From NCBI GenBank assembly GCA_951406725.2, contig OX597818.1, positions 73,842,001-73,906,000 of the forward strand: 64,000 nt of DNA, given 5' to 3'. The notes below the pieces were generated by a model. It saw only the letters and a program-made list of their open reading frames with translations, searched no databases and was not told where the DNA came from. Positions 12,656 to 25,674 of the stretch are shown piece by piece (position 1 is the stretch's first letter; each line of letters starts with the position of its first letter). The translations under genes were made by a program, and so were the position numbers. Origin of the DNA: Octopus vulgaris. Lineage: Eukaryota.

Positions 12656-14345
12656 GTGACATCTAGAGCAAAGACAAGGAGCACAAGAAGGATGCTGAAT
12701 GGTTGCAACAACTGAAATAAACAGTAGTCTGTCCAAAACAGGAAGAACTCTTCATTTCAGTTAAGGAAGTGAAGGAAATCAGCCCAAAAATGGACAATTG
12801 GAAGGCTCCCGAACCAGATGGTGTTCAAGGCTACTGGATCAATACATGCACGAATATCTGTACAACTCGATTAAGTAACACCAGACAGTTAGACAATGGG
12901 AAGGTCTGTGCCGTGCTTAGAAAACATCGAAAAAGGCAATACGGTAGACAATAACAGGCCGATATCCTCCTTGCCATTTATGTGGAAATTTTGATTGGTA
13001 TAGTCGCCGAGTCAATGTTCGAACATCTGGAAACGAAATGGATTCCTACCACATGAGCGGAAGGGTTGCACGCGTAAGTGCAGAGGTACCAAGGATCAAC
13101 TCCTGGCAGACAAAACTATACTTATGGATTGCAAGAGGAGGAAAAATAACTTTTCCATGTCATGGATCGAATTTAATTGGTATTGCATCAAATGAAGGGA
13201 CAATCGAAATCAGGCGAGGCATCTTCCAGGGAACTGGAAGATCTTTGTACTGAGGAAAGCAAAGTCTGTATAATCTATTCAAGAGCCGCCAATAAAAAGT
13301 CAACCACTTATTATTCATGGATGACCTCAAACTGTGAGGTAAAGATGAATCCCAACTCAGTTCCCTCGTTGATATGGTGTAAACTTTCAGTACTGATATC
13401 AGAATAGAGTTCGAACTGAAAAAGTGTGGTGTGTTAGACTTCAAGAGAGGTAAAATCAAATGTATGGACGGGATAGCGATACCGTCGGGAGAGGTTATGA
13501 AGCAGATAGAAGAGACGGGTTATAAGTAATTGGGGATACTGGAAATGGATAAATTCATGGAGAAAGGAATGAAGGAAAAATTTTAAGGCGGAGTGCTTGC
13601 GCAGACTGAGACTGATCCTTATATCGAAATTAAACGGTCGGAATAAGATTGAAGCTATCAACACCTGGGGGATACTCCACCCAAAACGTAACACAGACAG
13701 ACTGTGTGTACCAAGAAAAAAAGGAGGGAGTAGTACTGACTGGAACCGAAAACAGCATTAGAGCAGATGGAAACAACATAGCATGGTATGTAAAAGTTTC
13801 CACTGAACCATATAGAATTGTATAGGATGGAAGATTGCAAATATAAAGCACTGTACAAGGACTTGAGAATGAATGAAACTGAAAATAGATGGATAAAGAA
13901 AAGAATGCATCGACAATTTCATGGGGCTGTTGAAGACAAACAGAGATGAAAGATTGCTATGGATGACTAAAAGTGATTTAAAACGGGAAACGGAGTCTCC
14001 AGTCTGTGTTGCCCAAGAGCAAGCATTAAGAACGAATTACAGAAGAGAAAACATATCAGAAAGTGATAAGTGTAGATTTGTGAACAAAATGACGAAACCA
14101 TATTACCAGTCAATGTACGCCACTAGCACAGAAAAAATATAATAGACGCCATGACAATGTAGCAAAGATTCTTCATTAGACACTTTTCAACAAGTACGGA
14201 CTTGACAGAGGAAAATAGTGGTACGAACATAAACCCGAAGGTATCATCGAAAATGATAATGCAAAGATCCTTTGGGATGTTATGATTCAGTGCGACCATG
14301 ATAGAGAATAGGAAACCAGACATAGTGTTAACTGAGAAATGAAGC
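12656..14345 (+). mobile_element. Second R4/Dong-clade LINE (different subfamily, internally deleted), beginning at the TAA tail of the first
   Basis: KMDNWKAPEPDGVQGYW; IRRGIFQG; NHLLFMDDLKL; LWMTKSDLKRETES..CVAQEQALRTNY; RHDNVAKILH; WYEHKPEGIIENDNAKILWD; KPDIV. Confidence 0.9.
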
Positions 14346-15164
14346 AAAACTATCTCTATGAAGGTATCTGTAATTTTCATTGTTCAAGATATGACTACTT
14401 CAATTGGCTACTTCTTCCCTACAATTGAACACATATCTTTCAAAACGTATACCCAGTCTTTGTTCTCTATTTCACCTACTTGACCATACCTTACAAAAAC
14501 TGGCTATTTGCAGAATTTAAATTAATGAAGATAGTTTTTAAAAAACAATGAAAAAAATGTCGCGGTTTTCAAGGAAAGAGGGAAATAAACTTAGTTATGG
14601 AACTCTATAAGATAATCTTTGTCTGGTAGAAGTATTCATTTTAAGAGAGTTATATTGTACCGTATGTGATGAAGATAGAAGTATAAAAACATTCAAATTT
14701 GTATTAATGCTCCCATACTTTTAAGAAATTATGATAAGAACAGAGTTTTACTCTCAAACCCTATCATGTTCACTTTAATACTTATCTTTCGTATCACTTG
14801 AAATTTTATGCAGCAAAACAAAACATAGGTATAAAATTAATTGCTTTAATTCAATTGGTGGGCTTCAACTTTAACAGCTTTATGTATATAATAAACAGAT
14901 ACATATTAAGGGGCGAAAATCTTTTCACACTGTAAAGATTGAAGCACCATCTTAGTATTGTAGCCAACATCATCACCAGTAATATGAAGGTGAAATTTTA
15001 TTCACACATATATATCAATCTATCTATCCATCTATAAATATATATAAGAAGTTTACTTTCCAACCACATGCTGCCGAATTCATTCTCACTGCTTCGCACC
15101 TTTGGCAATTGTTTTCAAAACCTCGTGAGTGGTTTTGGTGAGTTGAAACTGAAGGAAGCCCGTC

Positions 15165-15210
<46 letters not shown>

Positions 15211-15260
15211 TAAAAATATAAATATATGAAAGAATGGAGTTGGACGACGAATTAACAAAA

Positions 15261-15358
15261 TTCCTTTATTTTCGACATATGTTTCGAAGGCTGCATATTC
15301 CTAATTGCGAAGGAATAAGAGTATATTATGCCGCTTTCTCATCAGGAAAAGCAAGGAA
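15261..15358 (-). ncRNA. Type I hammerhead ribozyme (left-arm copy)
   Basis: Reverse complement of 16299-16396 with an identical core. Confidence 0.85.
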
Positions 15359-16298
15359 CTTATGTCAACATCAAGATGCACAAACAGACTTTTAGATGAC
15401 TGCTCACACGGAGCCCATAGCGATAATGAGTGTCTCTTTAAAAAATTCCTTTATAAGGAGTGACGTCAAAATGGTTGGATGTAGAAAATTCTAGAAGGTT
15501 CTAAAGCTTCAAGGGTTCAAACGAAGTAGGGGAAGAGAGATATAAGAATAGGAAGGTGAAAGGGTGCAGTTCAAATGAATGGTGAATTTTCTTTTGTGAA
15601 TGAGTGTCTGTGTGTGTGACTGTATATAACTGCATTAATGTGCGTGTGTGTGTATGTGTGTGCGTGATTGTGTTTGTGGATGGGTGGATGTCAGAAAACA
15701 GACAGTGGTGAGGAGAACGGTTTGTATCTGTGAGTTTGATTGTGCTTACTATAGATAGAGGGAAAGAGAGAGAGAAAGAGAGAGAAAGAGGAGGGCGAGG
15801 TATAGGGACAAAGGTAACACATACCTCACTGGATTGGGTAGTAGTTCTTTGAAAGTATAAAAAGAATTTTTTGACTATGGGGGTGAAATATATAAAAAAA
15901 GAGTTATATTAATTAAAATTCAAGGGGCTATCTATATTAATCATTATTCATATGATTGAAAGGTGTGTTTTGCCAATGCATGCATCTGTAGGACGTCTCG
16001 ACGATTGTATTTATTAAAGGGACTTTGGCGAACAATAGTCAGAGAATTTGCCGACGATATTACAATTAGTAGTAATGATAATAAGATGAATAGTATCGTG
16101 ACCTTCCTACTCTTATGCCTCTCTTCCCCTACTTCGTTTGAACCCTTGAACCTTTAGAACCTTCTAGAATTTTCTACATCTAACCATTTTGACGTCACTC
16201 CTTATAAAGGAATTTTTTAAAGAGACACTCATTATCGCTATGGGCTCCGTGTGAGCAGTCATCTAAAAGTTTTTTGTGCATCTTGATGTTGACATAAG

Positions 16299-16396
16299 TT
16301 CCTTGCTTTTCCTGATGAGAAAGCGGCATAATATACTCTTATTCCTTCGCAATTAGGAATATGCAGCCTTCGAAACATATGTCGAAAATAAAGGAA
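16299..16396 (+). ncRNA. Type I hammerhead ribozyme
   Basis: Stem I ttttc/gaaaa plus cctt/aagg; CTGATGA at 16312; stem II gaaagcggcata...tatgcagccttc with an inner tattcct/aggaata; GAAA; palindromic stem III ACATATGT; GTC cleavage triplet at 16381-16383. Confidence 0.88.
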
Positions 16397-16579
16397 TTTT
16401 GTTAATTCGTCGTTCAGCTCCATTCTTTCATATATTTATATTTAAAAAAAAACATACAAATTTCCACACGAAGGCACGTAACTTCAAACGTGTCTTCTCT
16501 GATGTGAATTTGCTACCCAGGTATCGGTTAACCGAATTATCCATAACAAGATAATTCATTCTACTACTATATATATATT

Positions 16580-16635
<56 letters not shown>

Positions 16636-16922
16636 CACATATTTCTATGTGTGCCTTTGTGTTTGAGTTTGTGCCCCCATCCCTTACTTGACAGTACATG
16701 CTGTGTTTATGTGCCTCTAACTTGCCGTTTCGACAAAGGAACCCGATAGAATAAGGAGCAGACATACAAAGAGTAAGTCCTGGAGTCGATTTCTGCGACT
16801 AAATGGAGGTGCCCCAGCATGGCCACAGTCAAATGACTGAAACAAATACGAGAATAAAAAAAGGAAAGGAAAATATACATACATACAAACATACGTACAT
16901 ACATACGTGCATATATATATAT

Positions 16923-18676
16923 AGTTGAAATTTACAGAAAAACAAAAGACGAAGACAGGTGTATGAACGAAAGAAGGCAGGTGTATAAACAAAATAACAA
17001 GTGTATCAGTTTAACGCTCGGGACGGTGAGAAAGTCTTCTACGTTTCGAGACTGCGATCTTCAACAGAAAGGAACACGATGAAATAGCCAGACAAAGAAA
17101 AGAAACTTTTGGAGTTAGCAGTCAATCATGGCTGCTGGCTGAACAAAGGTAGTTAGATAGGAGAGCTAGGAAGAAGGAGGCATAACAAAGTATTGGTGAT
17201 CCCAAAAACAAAGGTTCGTGCGCGATAGTGTGTACGTGTGGTGAGGCGTTGGTGACTTGGACGTATGGATTATGGTGTGTGTTCTGGGAAGTGGTCAGTG
17301 CTAGTGTGTGCGGTGTGAGGTGGTGATGTGGTGTGGTGGTGTGTGGTATGGTGTGGCGGTGTTGGGGTGTGGAGATCCGAGGATGGGGAAGTGATGGTGG
17401 GTGTGGGGTGAGGATGTGGGGTAGGAGTGGGGTATGTAGGTGTGGGATGTGTAAGAGCGGGGTGTGGATGTAGTAAATATCGATGAAGGGAGTGGGCGGG
17501 TAAGAATGAAGAGAGGAAATAGGTGTCAGATGAAGAAAGGAGAGGAGGGAAGTCAGATGAAGAGGGGAGGAGAGATGAGCTCATGTGACACAAAGGAGCA
17601 AAGATAGAAGATTGTTTCCTGGTCACGGCAAAGGCTGGAGTCCAGATGGCACTTCTTCAGAAACAATCTGAACACAGACAAGTGTTGTAATGAATGACGG
17701 CAGAGCGGAAATGGCGCGAGACCGGGGTGTCATTGCCGAGTCTAATGTCTAAGAAATGCTCCGCGAACTGGTCAGCCAAGCGGCGTCCCGTTTGACTGAT
17801 GTGCAGAGAAGGACAGAAAGAACAGGAGATATGGTAATTGACCTTGCTAGAAGTGCAGGTAAACGAGTCAGTGATATGATAGGAATGATGATAGGTGCCT
17901 GAGACGATGGTGGTGTTGGAGAGGTAAGGGCAAGTGCTGCAGCGTGGGCGGGAGCAGGAGAACGGGCCAGACTGGGAGGAGGGGTTGCGGAAGAAACTGT
18001 GGTCCAGTATGTTACGTAGTTTGTGAGCTCGTTTGAAGGAGAAGAGGGGCAGATATGCGAAGTAGAGTTGTCGGACTGGAGTCGCTGGAATGTTCGGAGA
18101 ATGGTGCGTGCGTTGGAGGGGCAATGTAGAGGGGTGGTAGGTGAGGGGAAACGTGAGACTGGGAACGGCGGTGCGGGTGCGGGGAGAGAGAGCATAGGCA
18201 CGGTCCACGGAATGTGCTCTGACAAGAGCGATGTGGATAATGGTGAGGGAATATATCCACGAAGGAGTTGAGACTGAGTCTCAAAGTCATGTTTGTCACT
18301 GCAGAGCGTGTGCCCACGGAGGAATTGGGAGTAGAGGGTTGTGAGCTCGGGTAGGACAGGAGGAGGAGAAGTGGTATTATGAGTGTGATTGGGTATGTTT
18401 GTAGTGGATAGATGTATTGAGAGTGGAGTTGTGTATGTTGAGCGAAATGTCAAGAAAGGTGACAGAAGTGTTGTAAATGGTGCAGGATAATTCTACGGCA
18501 GGATGGAAGGATTGGACAAAAGAGAGGAATCAGTATAATTGTTTGTGGGAGAGCGAGGTTGCACCGATACAGTCATCAATATAATGACCGTATACCTCGG
18601 GGTTGGGGCCACTGAATGTTGAAAATATTTGGGCTTCAATGTAGCCAACGAACAGATTCGCATATTTGGGACTCAA
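16923..18676 (-). mobile_element. Penelope-like element (Neptune/Poseidon-type RT plus GIY-YIG), 5'-truncated, with 3' pseudo-LTR
   Basis: PKYANLFVGYIEAQIF...YGHYIDDCIG (RT); YSQFLRGHTLCS; CSRPRCSTC...ITDSFTCTSSKVNYHISCSFC..LHISQTGRRLADQFAEH (GIY-YIG). A degenerate minimal hammerhead lies at 17034-17075. Confidence 0.92.
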
Positions 18677-19119
18677 GATAGATAGATAGATAAACACATA
18701 TCTATATAAATGTATGTATACATATTTATGTAAATTATTATAAATATACATATGTATGAGGTTATATATATGTGAGTGTGGAGGAGGGTTATTCAGAGAG
18801 AAGGAGAAAGATATAAGGACAAAGAGAGTTTAACGCATGTTATTTGTCGAACCAGAGAACCGGGCCAGTTTCTTTGATCAGAATGACCTCAACTAAAACC
18901 AACGGAAGGACAGGAACTGCTGTTACACTGAGAGGATTGAGAGTTTATCTAAGTACTTCTACCAAGAGATGGCATCGGCATTCTGAGATTGTTCCACATA
19001 TGTTTGGTGTTCAAGTCTCGCTCACAAAACTTTGGTTGAACTGAAATCTACAGTATATATTCTTTACCCATACTACCACACAACGCAATCGAATTGCGAA
19101 GCATGTTTACAGTCGCACA

Positions 19120-19610
19120 TATGGTGGTGTACTTAAGAAGCTCGATTTGCAAATATATAGTTTCTGGTTCAGTCCCACTAAGTGACATGTCATGCTAAGC
19201 AAGTGACTTCTACAATAGCCCAGGGCCGTCCAAAGCCTTGTAAGTAGGTTTGGTGGACGGAAACCGCGAAGAAAACCTTCGTATACAGGTGTATCTTTGC
19301 GTATATGTTGCGTGTATGTGTGTATGCACGTGTATGTGTGTATGCACGTGTATGTGTGTATGCACGTGTATGTGTGTATGCACGTGTATGTGCGGTCGTC
19401 TTTGTGCTTGTGTATGTCATCTCTTCAGCATTAATACCGGTGATGGGTTGTTTACGTCCATGTAAAGAGTGTTTCGACAAAACCAATCGATCAAGTTAAA
19501 CTTTAAGCAACGAAATAATTGGGGTCGATTTGCTTACTGAAGACCTTCGAGGTTGTGTCCCAGCATGGTTGAAGCCTCATGACTGAAACAAGTAAAACGT
19601 AAAACTGAAC
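19120..19610 (+). mobile_element. Bipartite SINE copy with an internal 18-bp tandem repeat (tgtatgtgtgtatgcacg, about 4 units)
   Basis: ggttcagtcccact...tggtggacggaaac...ggggtcgatttg...ccagcatgg...tgactgaaacaagtaaaa. Confidence 0.75.
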
Positions 19611-20576
19611 AGAAGCACGGAACATCTTAATTATGCACACAGCATTAGTAACGGCATCTCCACATCAACTTTAATAACTTATATAAATAGGACAAGGCCG
19701 TTCACTCAGAATTTCTGTTTAACAACTTACGTCGTCAAATCATGTATTTTAGTGAGGTTGAATTATGTGAAGATTGACTTAATCTTATCGGTCTTCTATC
19801 GTTTATTGATATGAAAACAGCAGCAGAGAGGAAATCCGTCTGTCGTGGAAAAAATCGTTTGAAGCTGTAATACATTTGACAGAAGCCTTTTGATTTCTCA
19901 TTTACTTTCTGTGCATGTGTTTCCACACGTTAACATGAAATCACTCACTATTGATCCCAGACTTTCAAACTTCCAATGACTTGCATAAATCTAGGTTTCT
20001 TTCTTCATCTGTTTTTGACAGGGCTTACAAAAACATGTCAGTAATGTATTCACATTTATGGATACATATTTACATACAGAGATGTATATATACATACATA
20101 CATGCATTCATACATACACACACATACACATACATGCATAATATATACATACATACATGTATACATACTTCTATATGCATAAATAAATATATATACGCAT
20201 TTATACAGAGATGCATATGTATTACGTATGTATGTATGAAAAAAAAATGAAATAGTATATAATTCCTCCTGTGTCATTATACTTAAAAAACAGCATAGCA
20301 CTATAATGCCTAAATTATACCGTGCATATTTGTATATATACGTGTGAGTTCGTGTGTCTGTGAGGACATGTGTGAGTTATATGTATGTTTGTGTTTGTAA
20401 ATGTATTTGGATTTGTCAGTTCATGGCTTATATGTGTGTATGTCTGTGTATATATGTGTGCCTGTGAGCATATCTATACATTGTCTATATTGGAAATTTT
20501 GATAAGCTATAGTGAATATCTGCATGTGCATGGTGTATGCATGTGTGTGTATGCGTATATATATATATATACATAT

Positions 20577-20614
<38 letters not shown>

Positions 20615-20621
20615 TCTCTAA

Positions 20622-20770
20622 TTCTTTTACTTGTTTCTGTCATTTTACTGCGGTAATGCTGGAGTACCGCCTTTAGTCGAACAATTCGAACCCAGGACTT
20701 ATTATTTGTAAGCATAGTACTCATTGTATCGGTCTCTTTTGCCGAACCGCTATGTTATGAGGAAATAAAC
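20622..20770 (-). mobile_element. 3' half of the bipartite SINE
   Basis: ttcttttacttgtttc...gctggagtaccgcctttagtcga...ggtctcttttgccgaaccgct is the reverse complement of the family tail. Confidence 0.75.
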
Positions 20771-21856
20771 ATAACATATATGATAGTTTCAGTTGAATTA
20801 GGTGCTTAAGTTGAGGCACCATGTCAGTCAGGTAATGTTTCCACTTGTTTTATCTCTCTGTTGATAACTGAGCGTGAGAATTTATTAACTGGTCAACAAA
20901 ATATTTGTTTTATAATTATATTAGATTTGTAACGTGTTCTTCATCGTATTTGCATTAAATGCATATTGAATGCTTAAAACTGCTTGTTTTCTCGTTTCTT
21001 TGTGTCACTGAGGTGTTTGTCAGGTGAGCTAAAAATAACAGCTAAAGAACTTTTTGGGATAAATCTTTTTAGTTCGTGCTATCGCATTAAATGCATATTG
21101 AATGCTTCAAAATACAAAACACGCGTTATTTTCAAATATTCACAGCACGTTCTATTTTCGGGATGCTGACGACAAAATGTGCAGTCTCGCACAAAATGAC
21201 AGCTTCCATATCCTGTTTCCTGACTGGATGAAAATGATCATTGAAACCTCTATAACGTTGTAAAAAAAATATTTTACTGGAAAAAGTGAAATAGCTCCAG
21301 CAATTCAGTTTGGAAAAGTATATTATTGTACCAAATTTTAATATTCTTGATAAATTTTAATTTTTGAAATGCTGGCATACAAACCAACTAGAAGATCCAG
21401 ATAGAATAGATTCTATAGATCTATTATTGGTTTCAATCAAATTCTATGTCCATGCTGTTAGCGCCATTAGCGTTAATGCTTTTTTTATTTTAGACTCAGT
21501 TTACTGTCCTCCTTCCGGAATCGATCCAGCAGGAGAAATGAATTGTACTGCGCTATCCTTCTTTGCGTTCTTTCTGTGGGATAGTTTTATCTAGAATACT
21601 GGAAAAGAATTTGTCTAATTGTTCTCTGAACCCATCTACATCTACACCCCGTACATTTGTGAGGCTTTTGACTAGTTATTACAAAAGGAACACACGTGGG
21701 ATTTAAAATTTACCATATGGCGCGCTTAGAACCGATCCTGAGAGGAATCTACGGTTTAAACTGGATTTGGTACTTACATATCTATAAACCTTCTGTATAG
21801 GAAAAATATACACTTTTCCCTCACCTGCCATCGTCTGTTGCTTTATATAAATTTGA

Positions 21857-21919
<63 letters not shown>

Positions 21920-22202
21920 AGATTTCGGAATGGTCATTTTGCCAGTTTTAACCAATAAAAATCTTGCACAGCAAATATTTAAACGTATATATATATATAT
22001 ATATATATAGATATATATAGATATATATATATATAAATTAGTAATCCTATGCAGCTTTATTCGAGGTGTTATTCATATCAATTGGTGAAGCAATGTTTGA
22101 TGATGTATAATTGTCTATTTTTCATTACGATATTTCGATCGTATACTTTGTATTCTACATGATATTCAAGGATGCCAACATGGAATTTATCTATCGGGGG
22201 TA

Positions 22203-22265
<63 letters not shown>

Positions 22266-22272
22266 CATACAT

Positions 22273-22579
22273 ATACAAGAGTTACAGAATGGTGTATGGG
22301 AAATCCGGGCTATATATGTTTCACAGCGAGTGGAATCTCAGAAGTGGTAAAATGTAGGTAAAGTGTATCTCACATGGTACTCTTCAGGCCAAGGATATCT
22401 TGATTGGATAAAAGGCTACATTCTGATTGAATCTTTGCATCAACATGTACTTCCTTGCGACAATGTAGCCTTGGATCTAATCCACCTATCCTTAGCCTGT
22501 GGGGTACAGCTCACTTGGATTTTACCACTTCTGAGGTTCCGCTCGCTATGAAACATACTCCATTCCATAACTCCTGTAT
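22273..22579. repeat. ~300 bp imperfect fold-back palindrome
   Basis: tatgtttcacagcgagtggaatctcagaagtggtaaaat pairs with attttaccacttctgaggttccgctcgctatgaaacata, with additional inner and outer paired segments. Confidence 0.85.
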
Positions 22580-22789
22580 TCCTTTACACATACTCAAAAA
22601 ACGCTAGCCTACCGAGGAATATTAAAGGACCTTCTTTTCAGCTCATCGTTCTTCGATAAAAGTAAAAAACAATGCGCAAACTTCCGTCTCAATAAACTAT
22701 TATTGTTCTTGAAAGTTACTTTTTTCATATTCACTACAGATTGCTCGAAGCTAACTTTCTTCCTACACCTTGATAATTGGATCTTACGT

Positions 22790-22824
<35 letters not shown>

Positions 22825-22826
<2 letters not shown>

Positions 22827-22955
22827 ACAAGATATCCTTAGTGATGTAGTACGACCGTTTCAAGTGGCTCCATTTATTTGAACAATGCAATCATAGTTCA
22901 ATTAAGTGGAGCCGCTTGAAAAGGTCGTATTGCATCACCTCTGAATATCCTGTTG
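22825..22955. repeat. ~130 bp hairpin, probably an inverted duplication of a PLE pseudo-LTR end
   Basis: gtgatgtagtacgaccgtttcaagtggctccatttatttgaac pairs with gttcaattaagtggagccgcttgaaaaggtcgtattgcatcac. Confidence 0.8.
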
Positions 22956-23288
22956 CTTATTTTGATTTTATTCACCGTATTTTGAAGTTGTACGGATACT
23001 ACCACAGTAAAGTTTGGTGCGTCAACTTAAGTATTTAATTCATCTGAATCAAAACATATACCAAATATATACGTTTTATTTACTTTTCTATAATATGTAA
23101 TTCTTCTAAATGGTATAATCTTTCAATAATATGTAATTTTTCTAAATGATATAACTTAATTTTTCATTATTGAATTGATGAAGGGTGTTTTTTTCTAATT
23201 TATATATATATATATTATATTTTGTGAAATTTGATTTAGTGTTTCTAAATTGAATTTTTACCCTGTAAGTTTGGAATAATATTCCCTC

Positions 23289-23366
<78 letters not shown>

Positions 23367-23404
23367 TGTATGTATGTGTGTATGTATGTATGTATGTATG
23401 TATA

Positions 23405-23477
<73 letters not shown>

Positions 23478-23656
23478 CTTCAATAGTTAGAGTAACTTCG
23501 AAATTTGGGTCTGCTAGTCTACACAACTTTATCTATGTGTGTGTGTGTGTTTGTGTGAGGTATTTTTATTCAAATAAGATGATATAGTATTTAAATTGCA
23601 CACTAAATAATCGGTATTTAGAACTGCTTGCCCTAAATACCGGTTATTTGTAAAAA

Positions 23657-23709
<53 letters not shown>

Positions 23710-24511
23710 GCACACACACACACAAGACAGGCAGCTTTATTTAATCCGATGCATCTATGCCTCAGTATTTAACCGCTTTATTTGTACTTCCTTCAACTTT
23801 TCAAATTCTTGTCCCTTTACTTCGTCAAATATAAACATTTTAGTAATTTCTATAGGGACAATAAAATCGCTGTCACCAATTGTAGGAAAATTAGTTCCAC
23901 TTGTTTTCTACATTTCCTTTACTTTTTTGTAAGCTTCGAAAATATATTTTCTAATGAATAGGATTAAATTGGAAGCGAAACCGATACCTACGTTCTCTGG
24001 CATTATATATAAAGAAGAATGTAGTTGACGACGTCTCTGCGCATTGTGTTCGAAATTCCATTTGAAGAAACGTTCTTTCTGTATTTTTTCTTGTATTTAA
24101 ACTATACACCAGTTTTTTTTTTACCTTTTCTATGTGTATGTATGTATATATATGGATGGTGATGGTGGTGGTTGCGGCGGCGGCGGCGGCAGCGGTGGTG
24201 GTGGTGTTGGTGATGGTGGCACTGCAGATGGTAGTAGTAGTGGTTATGGTGGAGGCGGTGGTGATGCTGCTGCTGCTGCCGCTGCTGGTGCCGATAGTGG
24301 CTGTACGGGGTTAAACGTCTTGGGAAAAAGAAATTACTATAGACTATTGGCAAATGTTCATTACTGAGCTTCAATACATTTCTAATAACAGAATTGGAAA
24401 TTGGTTCAGAAAATTGTCAGTAAATGGTTCTAAAATGGAAATTAGAAAATACGAAAGGAAAAGAAATATTTTATATACTCATTTACACAATAGAAGGAAG
24501 TCAAGTATGCG

Positions 24512-24596
<85 letters not shown>

Positions 24597-24800
24597 TTGT
24601 GTGTAACTGAAATGTCTGTAGGTGTGGATACGATGTCAAAACAAGTGTCGTCATATTTGAATTTTACGTAATATTCTACTGGTCAATATTGTCACAAATG
24701 AGTCTACTTTAAATATTTGAGATTATATGCAGGGATATTGCTTCCCGCTTGTGCTCCGGTTTCTCCAACTTCATGCTGGATGTGGGTTCGCGCGTTTGCG

Positions 24801-25313
24801 TGTGTATGTATGTGTGTGTCTGTGCCTGTGCATGTAGTGGTGCTGGTGGTGGTGATAATTTCAGATGGGATAGTAGGAGTGCCGTAGTAATATACAAACA
24901 TTTAATTTTTAGCTAAACGTTTCGGACAACCAATTTCTGATACATATTCTTTTATTCTTTTATTTGTTCAGTCACATTACTACGACCATGTTTTGGAAGC
25001 CTGGTTCTTATTCTGTCGGACTGCTTTGCCGAATCTCTAAATTACGGGGACGTAAACACATTAACATCGGTTGTTAATTGGTGTGGAGGGGTGGGACAAA
25101 CAGATACAAAGACACACACAAATGTATATATATACAACGGCAGTTTCCGTCTACTAAATCCAGTCAACAAACATGTGTTCGTCCCGAAGCAATAGTAGGA
25201 GAAATATATATATATATATTCTTTATTAGTGAACTAAGGCTAAATTAAGGCTAATTAATTCAATAATAAAGAAAATAAATATACGTTGTTGATATTTATC
25301 GTTGTATATTTAC

Positions 25314-25353
<40 letters not shown>

Positions 25354-25565
25354 GTAAATATACAACGATGAAATGAGTGCTCAACACCGCATTGGTGCGT
25401 TTATTTTCTTTGTATCAGAATATGTCAGAAATTGGTTGTCCGAAACGCTTAGCTAAAAATTAAATGTTTGTATATTACTACGGCACTCCTACTATCCCAT
25501 CTGAAATTATCACCACCACCAGCACCACTACATGCACAGGCACAGACACACACATACATACACAT
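24801..25565. repeat. ~150 bp inverted repeat (24801-24950 / 25417-25565) enclosing a SINE fragment and an AT-centred palindrome
   Basis: The same MFVYYYGTPTIPSEIITTTSTTTCTGTDT translation appears on opposite strands, and the nucleotide arms are nearly identical. Confidence 0.88.
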
Positions 25566-25571
25566 ACATAC

Positions 25572-25633
<62 letters not shown>

Positions 25634-25674
25634 CAAGTCAAAAATAGAAAATGCTAACATAATTTTATAGTGAA

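Larger units (their letters stand above)
15208..16447. repeat. ~350 bp inverted repeat (15208-15560 / 16100-16447) of a PLE-type pseudo-LTR
   Basis: The arms are near-perfect reverse complements and each contains a hammerhead motif. Confidence 0.92.
15045..16865 (+). mobile_element. Bipartite SINE split by a PLE-derived insertion (5' half 15045-15165, 3' half 16650-16865)
   Basis: Both halves match the family at 6688 and 33855. The intervening ~1.4 kb sits in the internal (AT)n. Confidence 0.75.

Noticed and set aside
19310-19390. Regular 18-bp (and, at 60.5 kb, 20-bp) repeats as a CRISPR-like array
   Set aside because: Head-to-tail microsatellite-derived units with no spacers, in a eukaryotic context.
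24102-24374. His-, Gly- or Ala-rich ORFs
   Set aside because: GGT/GCG/GCT low-complexity tract, open in several frames, with no splice or domain evidence.
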